Assembly: GCA_018394315.1 (NCBI GenBank)
Contig: CP074575.1
Coordinates: 682,001 to 746,000 of the forward strand
Direction of reading: 5' to 3'
Origin: Mycoplasmatota bacterium
GTDB taxonomy: Bacteria; Bacillota_I; Bacilli_A; MAG-NZ
Length of the DNA stretch: 64,000 nucleotides
Position numbers and translations under genes: made by a program. The notes under the pieces were generated by a model that was not told the origin of the DNA, ran no database searches, and was given only the letters and a program-made list of their open reading frames with translations. Below are positions 20,958 to 29,911 of this stretch, piece by piece (the first letter of the stretch is position 1; every line of letters starts with the position of its first letter).

Positions 20958-21159
20958 AGTTGCGTTAATATTTACTAGGATTTAGGGTTATTTCTTGTTG
21001 TGATATATATAGAATTCAATGTTTTTTGGCATAGTTATGCGAAAAATACTAGATTATAACTCTAATTTACTTTTAGAGATTGATATACAATATTTAAATA
21101 TTTACAGTGAAAATAGGATGTAATATAATAGTATGAAGACAAATTAAAAAGGAAGGAGT

Positions 21160-21516
21160 GTGCCTATGTCAAAAGAAATTGTATTAAAGATCCAAGAGTT
21201 ATACGAAAATTGGATAAAAGATGATATGACTTCACTGGATAGTGCTAATATTTTTGCTAACTTACTTGAGTATGTAGAAGAGACAAAAAAGGATATTTGT
21301 GGAAAGTGTATTCCATGTCGAGATGGAATACCACAAATCGAAAATATATTTAGAAATTTTGAGATTGAAAAAGTTACAAAAAATGACTTGGTTAAGTTGG
21401 AGAATTATGTTGAAAATTTAAGAAGTTCTAAATGTAGTGTAGGTATCGATTTCGGAAAGAACATGGAAGTAGTACTTAGAAATAACTTTAATGATTTTTA
21501 TAGGAAAGTTAGATAG
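21160..21516 (+). CDS. Stand-alone NuoF/HydB-type [4Fe-4S]-binding domain protein
   Basis: CGKCIPCRDG...SKCSVG, the CxxCxxC-x~37-C cluster motif of NuoF, without a flavin domain. Confidence 0.75.
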   Translation: MPMSKEIVLKIQELYENWIKDDMTSLDSANIFANLLEYVEETKKDICGKCIPCRDGIPQIENIFRNFEIEKVTKNDLVKLENYVENLRSSKCSVGIDFGKNMEVVLRNNFNDFYRKVR

Positions 21517-21527
21517 GGGGAAATAGT

Positions 21528-23297
21528 ATGGCTAAGATTATTTTAAACGGAAAATCAATAAGCGCAAAAAATGGGCAAACTATTCTTTCTGTTGCTCGTG
21601 AAAATGGTGTAGAAATTCCAACTTTATGCTTTTTAGAAGAAATTAATGAAATTGGATTTTGTAGAATTTGTGTAGTTGAAGTTGAAGGTGAGAAGGATCT
21701 AGTTTCAGCATGTAATACCGCAATTAAAAGTGGTATGGTAGTTAATACGGATAGTCAAAGAGTACTTGATTCTAGACAAGCTACTCTTACATTATTAGCT
21801 AAAAAACATAGATTCAACTGTTGGGTGTGTCCTAGAGGAGATGGAACTTGTGACTTCTACAATTTATTAAAAGATTATTGTGTAGATAGTTTCAAATTCG
21901 ACCCTGCTGAGGGTAGACATGATTGTGTTGTTCCTGGTACAGGAATTTATCAAGATCAAACAAAATGTATTTTATGTAAACGTTGTGTTGCTGTTTGTAA
22001 CAATGTTGTTACTGCTAAGGTTTATAAATTTAGAGATGAAGAAGGAACAGATCCTATAGTATCTCCAACACCTAGATTACCATTTGATGAGGCAGGATGT
22101 ATTTTCTGTGGACAATGTACAAAAGTTTGTCCAACGGGAACATTAGCGGAAACAGATCACATCGAAAGAGTGGAGCAAGCAATTAGAAATCCTAAGAAAC
22201 ATGTAATTGTACAAATGGCTCCAGCAATAAGAGCTGCAATCGGTGAACCTTTTGGGTATCCAATTGGAACTCCAGTTAGAGAAGTTGAAGGGAAAATGTA
22301 CCGTGCTTTAAAAATTCTAGGTTTTGATGAAGTAACTGATACGAATTTCTCTGCGGATTTAACTATTATGGAAGAAGGTACTGAATTTATCGATAGAGTT
22401 AAGAATAGTGGAACATTACCATTATTCACATCATGCTCTCCAGGATGGGTTCGTTATATTGAAATGTATCGTCCAGAGTATCTAGCGAACCTTTCAAGTG
22501 CTAAATCTCCTCATATGATGCACGGTGCAATTTTGAAGAATTTCTATGCTCCAAAGAGTAAAGATATCGCTCCAGAAGATGTATATGTTGTATCAATTAT
22601 GCCTTGTACTGCTAAAAAATATGAAATATCTCGTCCAGAAATGGAACAAGATGGAATAAGAGATGTAGATGCAGTATTAACAACTAGAGAGTTAGCAAGA
22701 ATGATTAAAAAACATGGTATTGACTTTGTAAACTTAGAAGATTACAAACCAGAAAATAAGTTTGCTGAATATACAGGTGCAGGAACAATATTTGGAGCTT
22801 CTGGTGGAGTTATGGAAGCTGCAGTAAGAACTGTTTATGAAATATTAGAAGGTGAATCATTAGGTAGTATTGATTTAGAAATGATGCGCGGTGTAGAAGA
22901 AGATATTAAAGAGGCGACATTAAAATTACCTAAGACTGGTTTAGAAGTGAATGTAGCAATCGTTCATGGTGGTAAAGGAATTAAGAAAATGTTCGAAATC
23001 CTTGATAAAGGTGAAAAAGAATATCATTTCATTGAGTTTATGGGATGCCCTGGTGGATGCGTAAACGGTGGTGGACAACCAATAGTGAAAGAAGAAATTA
23101 TGGATCAATTCAAGGTTGCAGAATTAAGAGCTAGTGCATTATATGATTCCGATCAAAAAGACACTGAATTTAGAAGATCACACCTTAATAAAGCGGTTAA
23201 ATGGACATACGATGAGTGGTTAGAAAAACCAGGTAGCCACGTAGCACATAAGTATTTACACACTAATTATTCACAAAAGAAATTTAGAAAGGAATAG
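21528..23297 (+). CDS. hydA: [FeFe]-hydrogenase large subunit (group A), copy 1
   Basis: N-terminal 2Fe-2S, His-ligated 4Fe-4S and 2x4Fe-4S; H-cluster motifs TSCSPGW, MPCTAKKYE, EFMGCPGGCVNGGGQP. Confidence 0.95.
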   Translation: MAKIILNGKSISAKNGQTILSVARENGVEIPTLCFLEEINEIGFCRICVVEVEGEKDLVSACNTAIKSGMVVNTDSQRVLDSRQATLTLLAKKHRFNCWVCPRGDGTCDFYNLLKDYCVDSFKFDPAEGRHDCVVPGTGIYQDQTKCILCKRCVAVCNNVVTAKVYKFRDEEGTDPIVSPTPRLPFDEAGCIFCGQCTKVCPTGTLAETDHIERVEQAIRNPKKHVIVQMAPAIRAAIGEPFGYPIGTPVREVEGKMYRALKILGFDEVTDTNFSADLTIMEEGTEFIDRVKNSGTLPLFTSCSPGWVRYIEMYRPEYLANLSSAKSPHMMHGAILKNFYAPKSKDIAPEDVYVVSIMPCTAKKYEISRPEMEQDGIRDVDAVLTTRELARMIKKHGIDFVNLEDYKPENKFAEYTGAGTIFGASGGVMEAAVRTVYEILEGESLGSIDLEMMRGVEEDIKEATLKLPKTGLEVNVAIVHGGKGIKKMFEILDKGEKEYHFIEFMGCPGGCVNGGGQPIVKEEIMDQFKVAELRASALYDSDQKDTEFRRSHLNKAVKWTYDEWLEKPGSHVAHKYLHTNYSQKKFRKE

Positions 23298-23303
23298 ATT
23301 TGA

Positions 23304-24515
23304 ATGGGAAAAGTTATTAATATCAAAGAGTCTCGCGACTTCCTGAATCCAGATAAAGTCTACATTCCACTTGCTAGTGTAAATTCTAAATATTATGATT
23401 TACTTGTCTATGAGGGTGATGAAGTTAAACTTGGTGAAAAGGTTGCTGAGAGATTTGGGGAAGTTAAAACACCGATTTTCTCTTCTGTAAGTGGAGAAGT
23501 TATTGGTGTCGAAGAATTAGAATATCATAGTGGTATCGTAGTTGACCATTTGGTTATTAAAAACGATAAAAAAGACACTATACATGAAGATATTAAGCCT
23601 ATTGAAGGTGAATTAACAGCTAGAAATATTCAAAGAAAAATTGAAGAATTAGGAATAAAAGGTCTAGCACAAAGGGGTCTTTATACTAGATTTGAGTTTT
23701 CTAAAACTGTAGATCACTTATTTGTAAACGCAGTTTATCAAAATGAACCTTTTGTTAAGGTGGACCCAGAACTACTAAGTAGTTATCAAAATGAAATCGT
23801 TGAGGGAGTTAAACTTCTTGCTAAAGCTTCGTTAGCTGAGGTTTCAGTATTAGTTAATAAGAACGAAGATGATAGTATTTATGTAAATGAAGGAATTAAG
23901 ACGATTAAAGTTAATCCTAAGAGAATTGGAGTATGGCATATTTGCGCTATTAGTAAGGCTGTAGGAAAAGAACTATCACATGACTTGTTAGATGATAGAA
24001 TTATGTTTGTTTCTTCAGACACTGCAAGAGCTGTTTATAATGCTGTAACTAAAGGAATGCCTGTTGTTGAAACAGATGTTCTTGTTGTAGGGGATGCTCT
24101 AAATTCTAATTCCCACTATAATATTAAGATAGGAACTCATGTTGAAGAGTTAGTACAGGATTTAGGAGTTATTGAAGATACTGAAGAAGTTTCAGTATAT
24201 ATCGGAAGCATTTTAAGTGGTAGAACAATGCAATCTACTAACTTTGCATGTACTGAATTCATTAATTTCATCGGAGTTGATACTCCTATGAAAGGTGAAC
24301 CACAAGTATGTACAAAGTGTGGACGCTGTAACGATATTTGTCCAGTAGACATTTTGCCTCAAAATGTTATGGATGCAGAACTTAGAATGTTAGATAATCG
24401 TATATTTGAGTTAGATGTTAATAAATGTATTGAGTGTGGACTTTGTTCTTATGTATGTCCTTCGGAAATTAATGTTTTAGAATGGGTTAGACGTGCTAAG
24501 CGTCGAATCAAGTAG
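23304..24515 (+). CDS. rnfC: RnfC-like subunit with degenerate NADH/FMN site
   Basis: RnfC N-terminal barrel (V.EGDEVKLGE...SSVSGEV); CTKCGRCNDICP and CIECGLCSYVCPSEI; GxGGAGFP and NGAECEP motifs absent. Confidence 0.85.
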   Translation: MGKVINIKESRDFLNPDKVYIPLASVNSKYYDLLVYEGDEVKLGEKVAERFGEVKTPIFSSVSGEVIGVEELEYHSGIVVDHLVIKNDKKDTIHEDIKPIEGELTARNIQRKIEELGIKGLAQRGLYTRFEFSKTVDHLFVNAVYQNEPFVKVDPELLSSYQNEIVEGVKLLAKASLAEVSVLVNKNEDDSIYVNEGIKTIKVNPKRIGVWHICAISKAVGKELSHDLLDDRIMFVSSDTARAVYNAVTKGMPVVETDVLVVGDALNSNSHYNIKIGTHVEELVQDLGVIEDTEEVSVYIGSILSGRTMQSTNFACTEFINFIGVDTPMKGEPQVCTKCGRCNDICPVDILPQNVMDAELRMLDNRIFELDVNKCIECGLCSYVCPSEINVLEWVRRAKRRIK

Positions 24516-24525
24516 GGGGTAAAGT

Positions 24526-25584
24526 ATGAAATATTTAAAGCTAAAATCTCCTTTTAAACTAGGGACATTAAAATATAAGCACATCACTCAATCAATTCAA
24601 TTATCATTATTAATAGTTTTGATAGCTAGTTTCTTTATTTATAATAGAGCTGGATATCAAGGTGTTAACATTTTACTTAATGCAATTATAGCAATTGTAG
24701 TTTCATTTATAGTTGAAGTCTTATTTGCAGTTACAGCGAAGAAGTTTACAACTATTAAAGATTTATATTTTAAAGAAAATTTATTAATGATTCCATTACT
24801 TACAGTATTATTACTACCATTACATACGCCGATATTTGTAATTATTATCGCAACTATTGTTGGAGTATGGATTGGTAAATTAGTATTTGGTGGATATGGA
24901 TTCAGTATATTTAATCCAGCAATTGTTGGTGTGTTATTCGCTAATTTATCGTTTAAGTCGCAATTAGCTATGCCAGATGGAATAATTTATCCATTACAAA
25001 GATTAAAAGATGCGACAGCTAATTTAAGTATTGCTGGTTTAAATCCACATCACTTATTATTAGTTGATGGTGGATACGGAATGGCAATCGGGACTGCAAG
25101 TGTAGGATTATTAATATTACTGATTGTTGTATTATCTATAATAAGAGCAATTGACTGGCGTATAAGTTTAACTTATTTAGTTACTGTGTTTGGTATTACA
25201 TTTGTGATGGGTAAATTCTTTTTTGCTCAAGAGCAAATTCTTACAGGTTTAGTTATCTTTGGTGCTTTATTCTTAGTTACTGATGATGTCACTTCACCTA
25301 CAAGTAGAGAAACTAAAATTGTATATGCAGTAATTGTTGGTTTATTAACAGTAATGATTAGAACAATTGGTTCTAATTTAGAGGGAGTATTATTTGCTGT
25401 ATTACTAGGTAACTTAATCACTCCGTTCTTAAATAGAACAGTTAAGAGAAGTAATTTGATATCTTTAGCAAAAGCTTTAGTATTTGCAGTTATTGTAATT
25501 GTAGCTGCAGGTGCTGCATTAAATGCAATATTAGAAGGTAGAATTCCTTCTGAATTAACAACTATCATGGGGGTGATGATTTAA
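24526..25584 (+). CDS. rnfD: RnfD-like membrane subunit
   Basis: KLVFGGYGFSIFNPA; FLVTDDVTSP; FAVLLGN. Confidence 0.9.
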   Translation: MKYLKLKSPFKLGTLKYKHITQSIQLSLLIVLIASFFIYNRAGYQGVNILLNAIIAIVVSFIVEVLFAVTAKKFTTIKDLYFKENLLMIPLLTVLLLPLHTPIFVIIIATIVGVWIGKLVFGGYGFSIFNPAIVGVLFANLSFKSQLAMPDGIIYPLQRLKDATANLSIAGLNPHHLLLVDGGYGMAIGTASVGLLILLIVVLSIIRAIDWRISLTYLVTVFGITFVMGKFFFAQEQILTGLVIFGALFLVTDDVTSPTSRETKIVYAVIVGLLTVMIRTIGSNLEGVLFAVLLGNLITPFLNRTVKRSNLISLAKALVFAVIVIVAAGAALNAILEGRIPSELTTIMGVMI

Positions 25585-27317
25585 TGAAACACGTTAAAAT
25601 TATATCGTCTCTATTAGTAGTGGTTGTAATTTGTATGGTTGCAATATTCCTTATTGAGGGACCTACTTCGAAGATAATCAACGAAAGACTAATGCAAGAA
25701 GCAAATGCAGCATTATTTGAGATTTATCCAGATGCAACGGGATTTGAAGAAGTCACTGAAGAGTATCCTACTGATGAAGCGATACTTAATATATTTACTG
25801 TGAAGGAAGGCGAAACTCAAGTAGGTGTGGTTTATAAAGGAGAAGTAGCTGGTTATAATCCTGGTGTTCAGTTCTTACTTGGTGTAACTACTGATGATGA
25901 AGTGGCAGGATTTAAAATTCTAGCAAACTCAGAAACAGCAGGTATCGGTAAAGACTTAATTGAGCATCCAGATTTTGCTGAACAATTCGCTGGTGTACCA
26001 AGAGAAACAATGCAAGATGTAGGTGTTGATTTAGTAGCTGGTTCTACGGCTAATGTTACATTAGGTGGAGTTAATAAAGGAGTTAAGCATGTATTAACTT
26101 ATCATGGTGTTAACTTTAAAGGTGAAGTCGCAGTCGTACCTGAAACTGAAGAAGAAAAAATCGAAAGATTAAAATCTGAATTCTTCCCAGGATCTACATT
26201 TACAGATGTAACTGGAGACTATCCTGAAGGAGATATTATCTTAGAAATCTTAGAAGCATCAAATGGTGGGTATATATTTACTACCTTGTTCAACGGGTAT
26301 TCATTAGATTCTGTATATATGATCGGTATTGGTACTGATGGTGTTGTAACGGGTTATAGTACATTATCTACTAAGGAAACTGCTGGAATTGGTGAAGCAT
26401 TAGTTATGAATGAAGAATTCCAAGCACAATTTGCTGGAATTAGCGTAGAACAGTTAAAAGAAACTGGTGTAGATTCAGTAGCAGGAACAAGTGCTCCATT
26501 TACATTAGAAGGTTTAAATGAGAGTTTAAGTGAATTAGCTAGTTACTTTAATAAAGAAGTATTAGGTGTTCAAGATACAGTTGCTCCGGAGTTGGCTATA
26601 CTTCCTAAACAAACTGAGTTTGAGGTTGGTTCAACTGCTCCAGTTTGGGATAGTTATGTAACTGCAACAGATAATGAAGATGGTGTAGTAGTAACTCACG
26701 ATGCTGAAGCTGTTGTTGATATGAATGTTGCTGGTACTTACACTGTTATGTACACTGCTACAGATACTGCAGGAAACTATACAACTCTAACTATTGAGTT
26801 TGTTATCAGTGAAGGTGCAGTAGAAATTGTATTAGTTCCTGTATCAGATGAAGTAGAAGCTATCTTAGCTACTATGGATCCTGAGGCAAGTGAATATTCA
26901 GACGAATTAATCTCTGATGAGATTATTAAAGGTATTTATACAAGTAGAGATGCGGATAAAAACATTACTAGTGTATTCTACGATGTTGAGACAGAAAATG
27001 GTGGATATGCATCTAATAACAAAATTATGGTTCAATTTGATCCATCTATAAATTCAATTACTAAAGTGAATGTATATGTTTCAAAAGCTACTTATAAAAC
27101 TGATTCATATGCTCCAAACTCTGGAAAAGGTGAAGACTTAGACTCACCATTAATTGCTGCAGTTTGGGAAGGTGTTGCTCAAGTAGGTCAAGTTACTGAA
27201 GCAGATGTAGACTCAGTATCAGGTACTACAGCTGTAGAAACATTCCCATCATTAATTGAAGTGATTGATTACGTTATTAATTATCAAGTTACTAATCAAA
27301 TAGGAGGTGCTGAATAA
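25584..27317 (+). CDS. rnfG: RnfG-like protein with three FMN-binding-type domains and an Ig/HYR-like spacer
   Basis: ETAGIG twice; VDLVAGST, VDSVAGTS, VDSVSGTT; DTVAP...ATDNEDG...GTYTVMYTATDTAGN Ig-like domain. Confidence 0.85.
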   Translation: MKHVKIISSLLVVVVICMVAIFLIEGPTSKIINERLMQEANAALFEIYPDATGFEEVTEEYPTDEAILNIFTVKEGETQVGVVYKGEVAGYNPGVQFLLGVTTDDEVAGFKILANSETAGIGKDLIEHPDFAEQFAGVPRETMQDVGVDLVAGSTANVTLGGVNKGVKHVLTYHGVNFKGEVAVVPETEEEKIERLKSEFFPGSTFTDVTGDYPEGDIILEILEASNGGYIFTTLFNGYSLDSVYMIGIGTDGVVTGYSTLSTKETAGIGEALVMNEEFQAQFAGISVEQLKETGVDSVAGTSAPFTLEGLNESLSELASYFNKEVLGVQDTVAPELAILPKQTEFEVGSTAPVWDSYVTATDNEDGVVVTHDAEAVVDMNVAGTYTVMYTATDTAGNYTTLTIEFVISEGAVEIVLVPVSDEVEAILATMDPEASEYSDELISDEIIKGIYTSRDADKNITSVFYDVETENGGYASNNKIMVQFDPSINSITKVNVYVSKATYKTDSYAPNSGKGEDLDSPLIAAVWEGVAQVGQVTEADVDSVSGTTAVETFPSLIEVIDYVINYQVTNQIGGAE

Positions 27318-27940
27318 TGAAGAATAAGAAAAGTTTTGGTGAAATATTTACAACTGGTATCTTAAAACAAAACCCAACATTTGTTCAGTTCCTTGGAATG
27401 TGTCCAACATTAGCGGTTACTAGTAAAGTAGAAAATGCGCTTGGTATGGGTGCTGGTGTAATTTTTGTATTAGTAATGAGTAACTTTATAATTTCATTAA
27501 TTAGAAACTTTGTTCCTGATGAAGTACGTATTCCAATTTATATCGTTGTTATCGCTTCATTAGTAACAATATTAGAAATGAGTATGAATGCTTTTATGCC
27601 AGATTTAGCAGCTGCGTTAGGAACTTTCTTAAAGTTAATCGTAGTTAACTGTCTTATCTTAGGTAGAGCAGAGGCATTCGCTGCAAAGAATAGTCCGGTT
27701 AAATCTATTGCTGATGGATTAGGTATGGGGATAGGATTTACATTAGGTATTTCATTTATCGCTGTATTCCGTGAAGTATTAGGTTCTGGTACGATTCTAG
27801 GATTTGAAGTAATTCCAGCTGATTTCCAGTTATCAATATTAGGTGGACCAGCTGGTGCGTTCTTAGTGTTCGGTATTTTAGTAGCTCAAGTTACTAAACT
27901 AAGAATGATAAAAGCAAAGAAAGCAGAGGTGAATGCGTAA
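27317..27940 (+). CDS. rnfE: Rnf subunit E
   Basis: LGMCPTLAVT; LIVVNCLILGRAEAFA. Confidence 0.95.
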   Translation: MKNKKSFGEIFTTGILKQNPTFVQFLGMCPTLAVTSKVENALGMGAGVIFVLVMSNFIISLIRNFVPDEVRIPIYIVVIASLVTILEMSMNAFMPDLAAALGTFLKLIVVNCLILGRAEAFAAKNSPVKSIADGLGMGIGFTLGISFIAVFREVLGSGTILGFEVIPADFQLSILGGPAGAFLVFGILVAQVTKLRMIKAKKAEVNA

Positions 27941-28517
27941 TATGGAATATATCGCTTTAGCTTTTAGTGCTATATTTGTATCTAATGTAGTATTATCGCA
28001 GTTTTATGGTTTATGTCCTTTCTTAGGAGTATCAACAAAGAAAAGTTCTGCGTTAAGTATGGGTATGGCTGTTACATTTGTAATCACATTAAGTTCAATG
28101 ATTGCTTGGGCAATAGATACATATATCTTATTGCCAAATGATATTAGATATTTGAATACAATCGTGTTTATCTTAGTAATTGCTGCGTTTGTACAATTGG
28201 TTGAGATGGTTATTAAAAAATTCTCACCTCCTATATATCAAGCATTAGGTGTTTACTTACCTTTAATCACAACGAACTGTGCGGTATTAGGGGTTGCGAT
28301 TGATGCTACTCAAAAGTATAATTATTCATTCGGTAGTACTGTTGTTTATGCTCTTGCAATATCACTTGGATATGCATTAATTATCTTCTTATTCTCTGCA
28401 ATTCGAGAAGAGATGGACGCATATCAAATACCCGAAAACTATAAAGGAATTTCTATAGCTTTAATAAGTGCATTCATTATGGCTATGGCATTCATGGGAT
28501 TTGGAGGGATGGTATAA
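27933..28517 (+). CDS. rnfA: Rnf subunit A
   Basis: GLCPFLGVS; YLPLITTNCAVLG. Confidence 0.95.
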   Translation: MRNMEYIALAFSAIFVSNVVLSQFYGLCPFLGVSTKKSSALSMGMAVTFVITLSSMIAWAIDTYILLPNDIRYLNTIVFILVIAAFVQLVEMVIKKFSPPIYQALGVYLPLITTNCAVLGVAIDATQKYNYSFGSTVVYALAISLGYALIIFLFSAIREEMDAYQIPENYKGISIALISAFIMAMAFMGFGGMV

Positions 28518-28518
28518 T

Positions 28519-28824
28519 ATGGTTTTAGTAGTTGTATTAGCAGTTTCGCTATCTGTTGTGTTAGCTGCAGTGTTATCATTTGCTTCAAAAGCTCTATATG
28601 TTTATGAAGATCCAAGGCTTCAAGATGTAGTTAGTATGTTACCTCAAGCGAATTGTGGTAACTGCGGGAACCCTGGTTGTAAAGCTATGGGAGAAGCGAT
28701 TTTAGCAGAAGATGCCAAGCTTACATCATGTAAACCTGGTACTCAAGAAATGCGTGAAGCAATCGCAGAATATTTAGCTTCTCATCCTGATGAGGATGGA
28801 GAGTATACAAAGGTTAAAATGTAG
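28519..28824 (+). CDS. rnfB: Truncated RnfB (TM plus single FeS domain, 101 aa)
   Basis: ATG 28519 just after rnfA; LPQANCGNCGNPGC...CKPG; no ferredoxin domains. Confidence 0.85.
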   Translation: MVLVVVLAVSLSVVLAAVLSFASKALYVYEDPRLQDVVSMLPQANCGNCGNPGCKAMGEAILAEDAKLTSCKPGTQEMREAIAEYLASHPDEDGEYTKVKM

Positions 28825-28878
28825 AGAAATGAGCCTTAAAATAGGCTCCTCTACCAATGATTCTATAAGTCACATTGT

Positions 28879-28896
28879 TTGTAACATTTGGTACGA
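28879..28896. promoter_or_regulatory. Operator copy upstream of the rhodanese-selenoprotein genes
   Basis: TTGTAAC-ATTT-GGTACGA, 2 mismatches to the palindrome. Confidence 0.5.
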
Positions 28897-29026
28897 GGAA
28901 AAAGGGATATAAGTGCAACACAATGCCATTATTATGTATTTTGTATACAAACCATTGACTATGTTGAATTTGCTGTTATAATGTTATTGAAAATAAAAAT
29001 AAAATTAAAAAAAGGGGAGAATTACA

Positions 29027-29899
29027 ATGAAAAAATTAGCGTTATTGTTAACAGTTGCTTTAGTATTTTCTTTAGCAGCATGTACTAAAGAAGTAGAGAT
29101 TCCTGAAGAAGTAACTATGGAAAATATTGATCAATTTTTAGAAAGAGACAATGTACAATTAGTTGACCTAAGAAACTACTCAGACAAAATGAGTGCAGGT
29201 TACATTGATGGATTTGAAATTATTTCATTCTTCGAATATTTAGATGGAAATGCGGTTGCTAGAAACGATGGTTGGAACTGGCAAGCAGATAATCTTTTAG
29301 ACCAAGATTTATTAGAAAATTTCTTTGATAAAGAAGCTGATGCTATCTTCATGATGTGTGCTGGTGGAACTAGAGCTGGTTTCGTTAAAGCTGCTTTAGA
29401 AGAAATCGGATACACAAATGCATTTAATATTGGTGGATTCGGTGACTACAAAGGTGAAAACAAAGTTATGGGTGATGGCGTTTATGGTAAATTACCTGCA
29501 GAAGTAACTATGGCTAATGTTGACCAAGTATTAGAAGCTGATGGTGTTCAATTAGTTGACTTAAGAGACTGGGATGACAAAATGAAATCAGGTTACATCG
29601 CTGGATTTGAATTTATTCCTTTCTTCGATTATTTAGAAGTACAAAATGTATTAGTTAGAAATGATGGATGGAATTGGCAAGATGCTAATGTATTAGATTC
29701 TGATATCTTAATGAACTTCTTTGATCAAAATGCAAAAGCTATTTATTTAATGTGTGGTAGTGGAACTAGAGCTGGATTTGTTAAATCTGCACTAGAATCA
29801 TTAGGATATACAAATGTTCATAATGTTGGTGGAATCGCAGATTACGCTGGTGAAAACAAAGTTTTAGGTGACTCAGTATACGTTTGGCCTGCAGCTTAG
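29027..29899 (+). CDS. Tandem rhodanese-domain lipoprotein (sulfurtransferase)
   Basis: Lipobox LAAC; two repeats with VQLVDLR and active-site loops CAGGTRA and CGSGTRA. Confidence 0.9.
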   Translation: MKKLALLLTVALVFSLAACTKEVEIPEEVTMENIDQFLERDNVQLVDLRNYSDKMSAGYIDGFEIISFFEYLDGNAVARNDGWNWQADNLLDQDLLENFFDKEADAIFMMCAGGTRAGFVKAALEEIGYTNAFNIGGFGDYKGENKVMGDGVYGKLPAEVTMANVDQVLEADGVQLVDLRDWDDKMKSGYIAGFEFIPFFDYLEVQNVLVRNDGWNWQDANVLDSDILMNFFDQNAKAIYLMCGSGTRAGFVKSALESLGYTNVHNVGGIADYAGENKVLGDSVYVWPAA

Positions 29900-29911
29900 T
29901 AGGTAGGTAGT

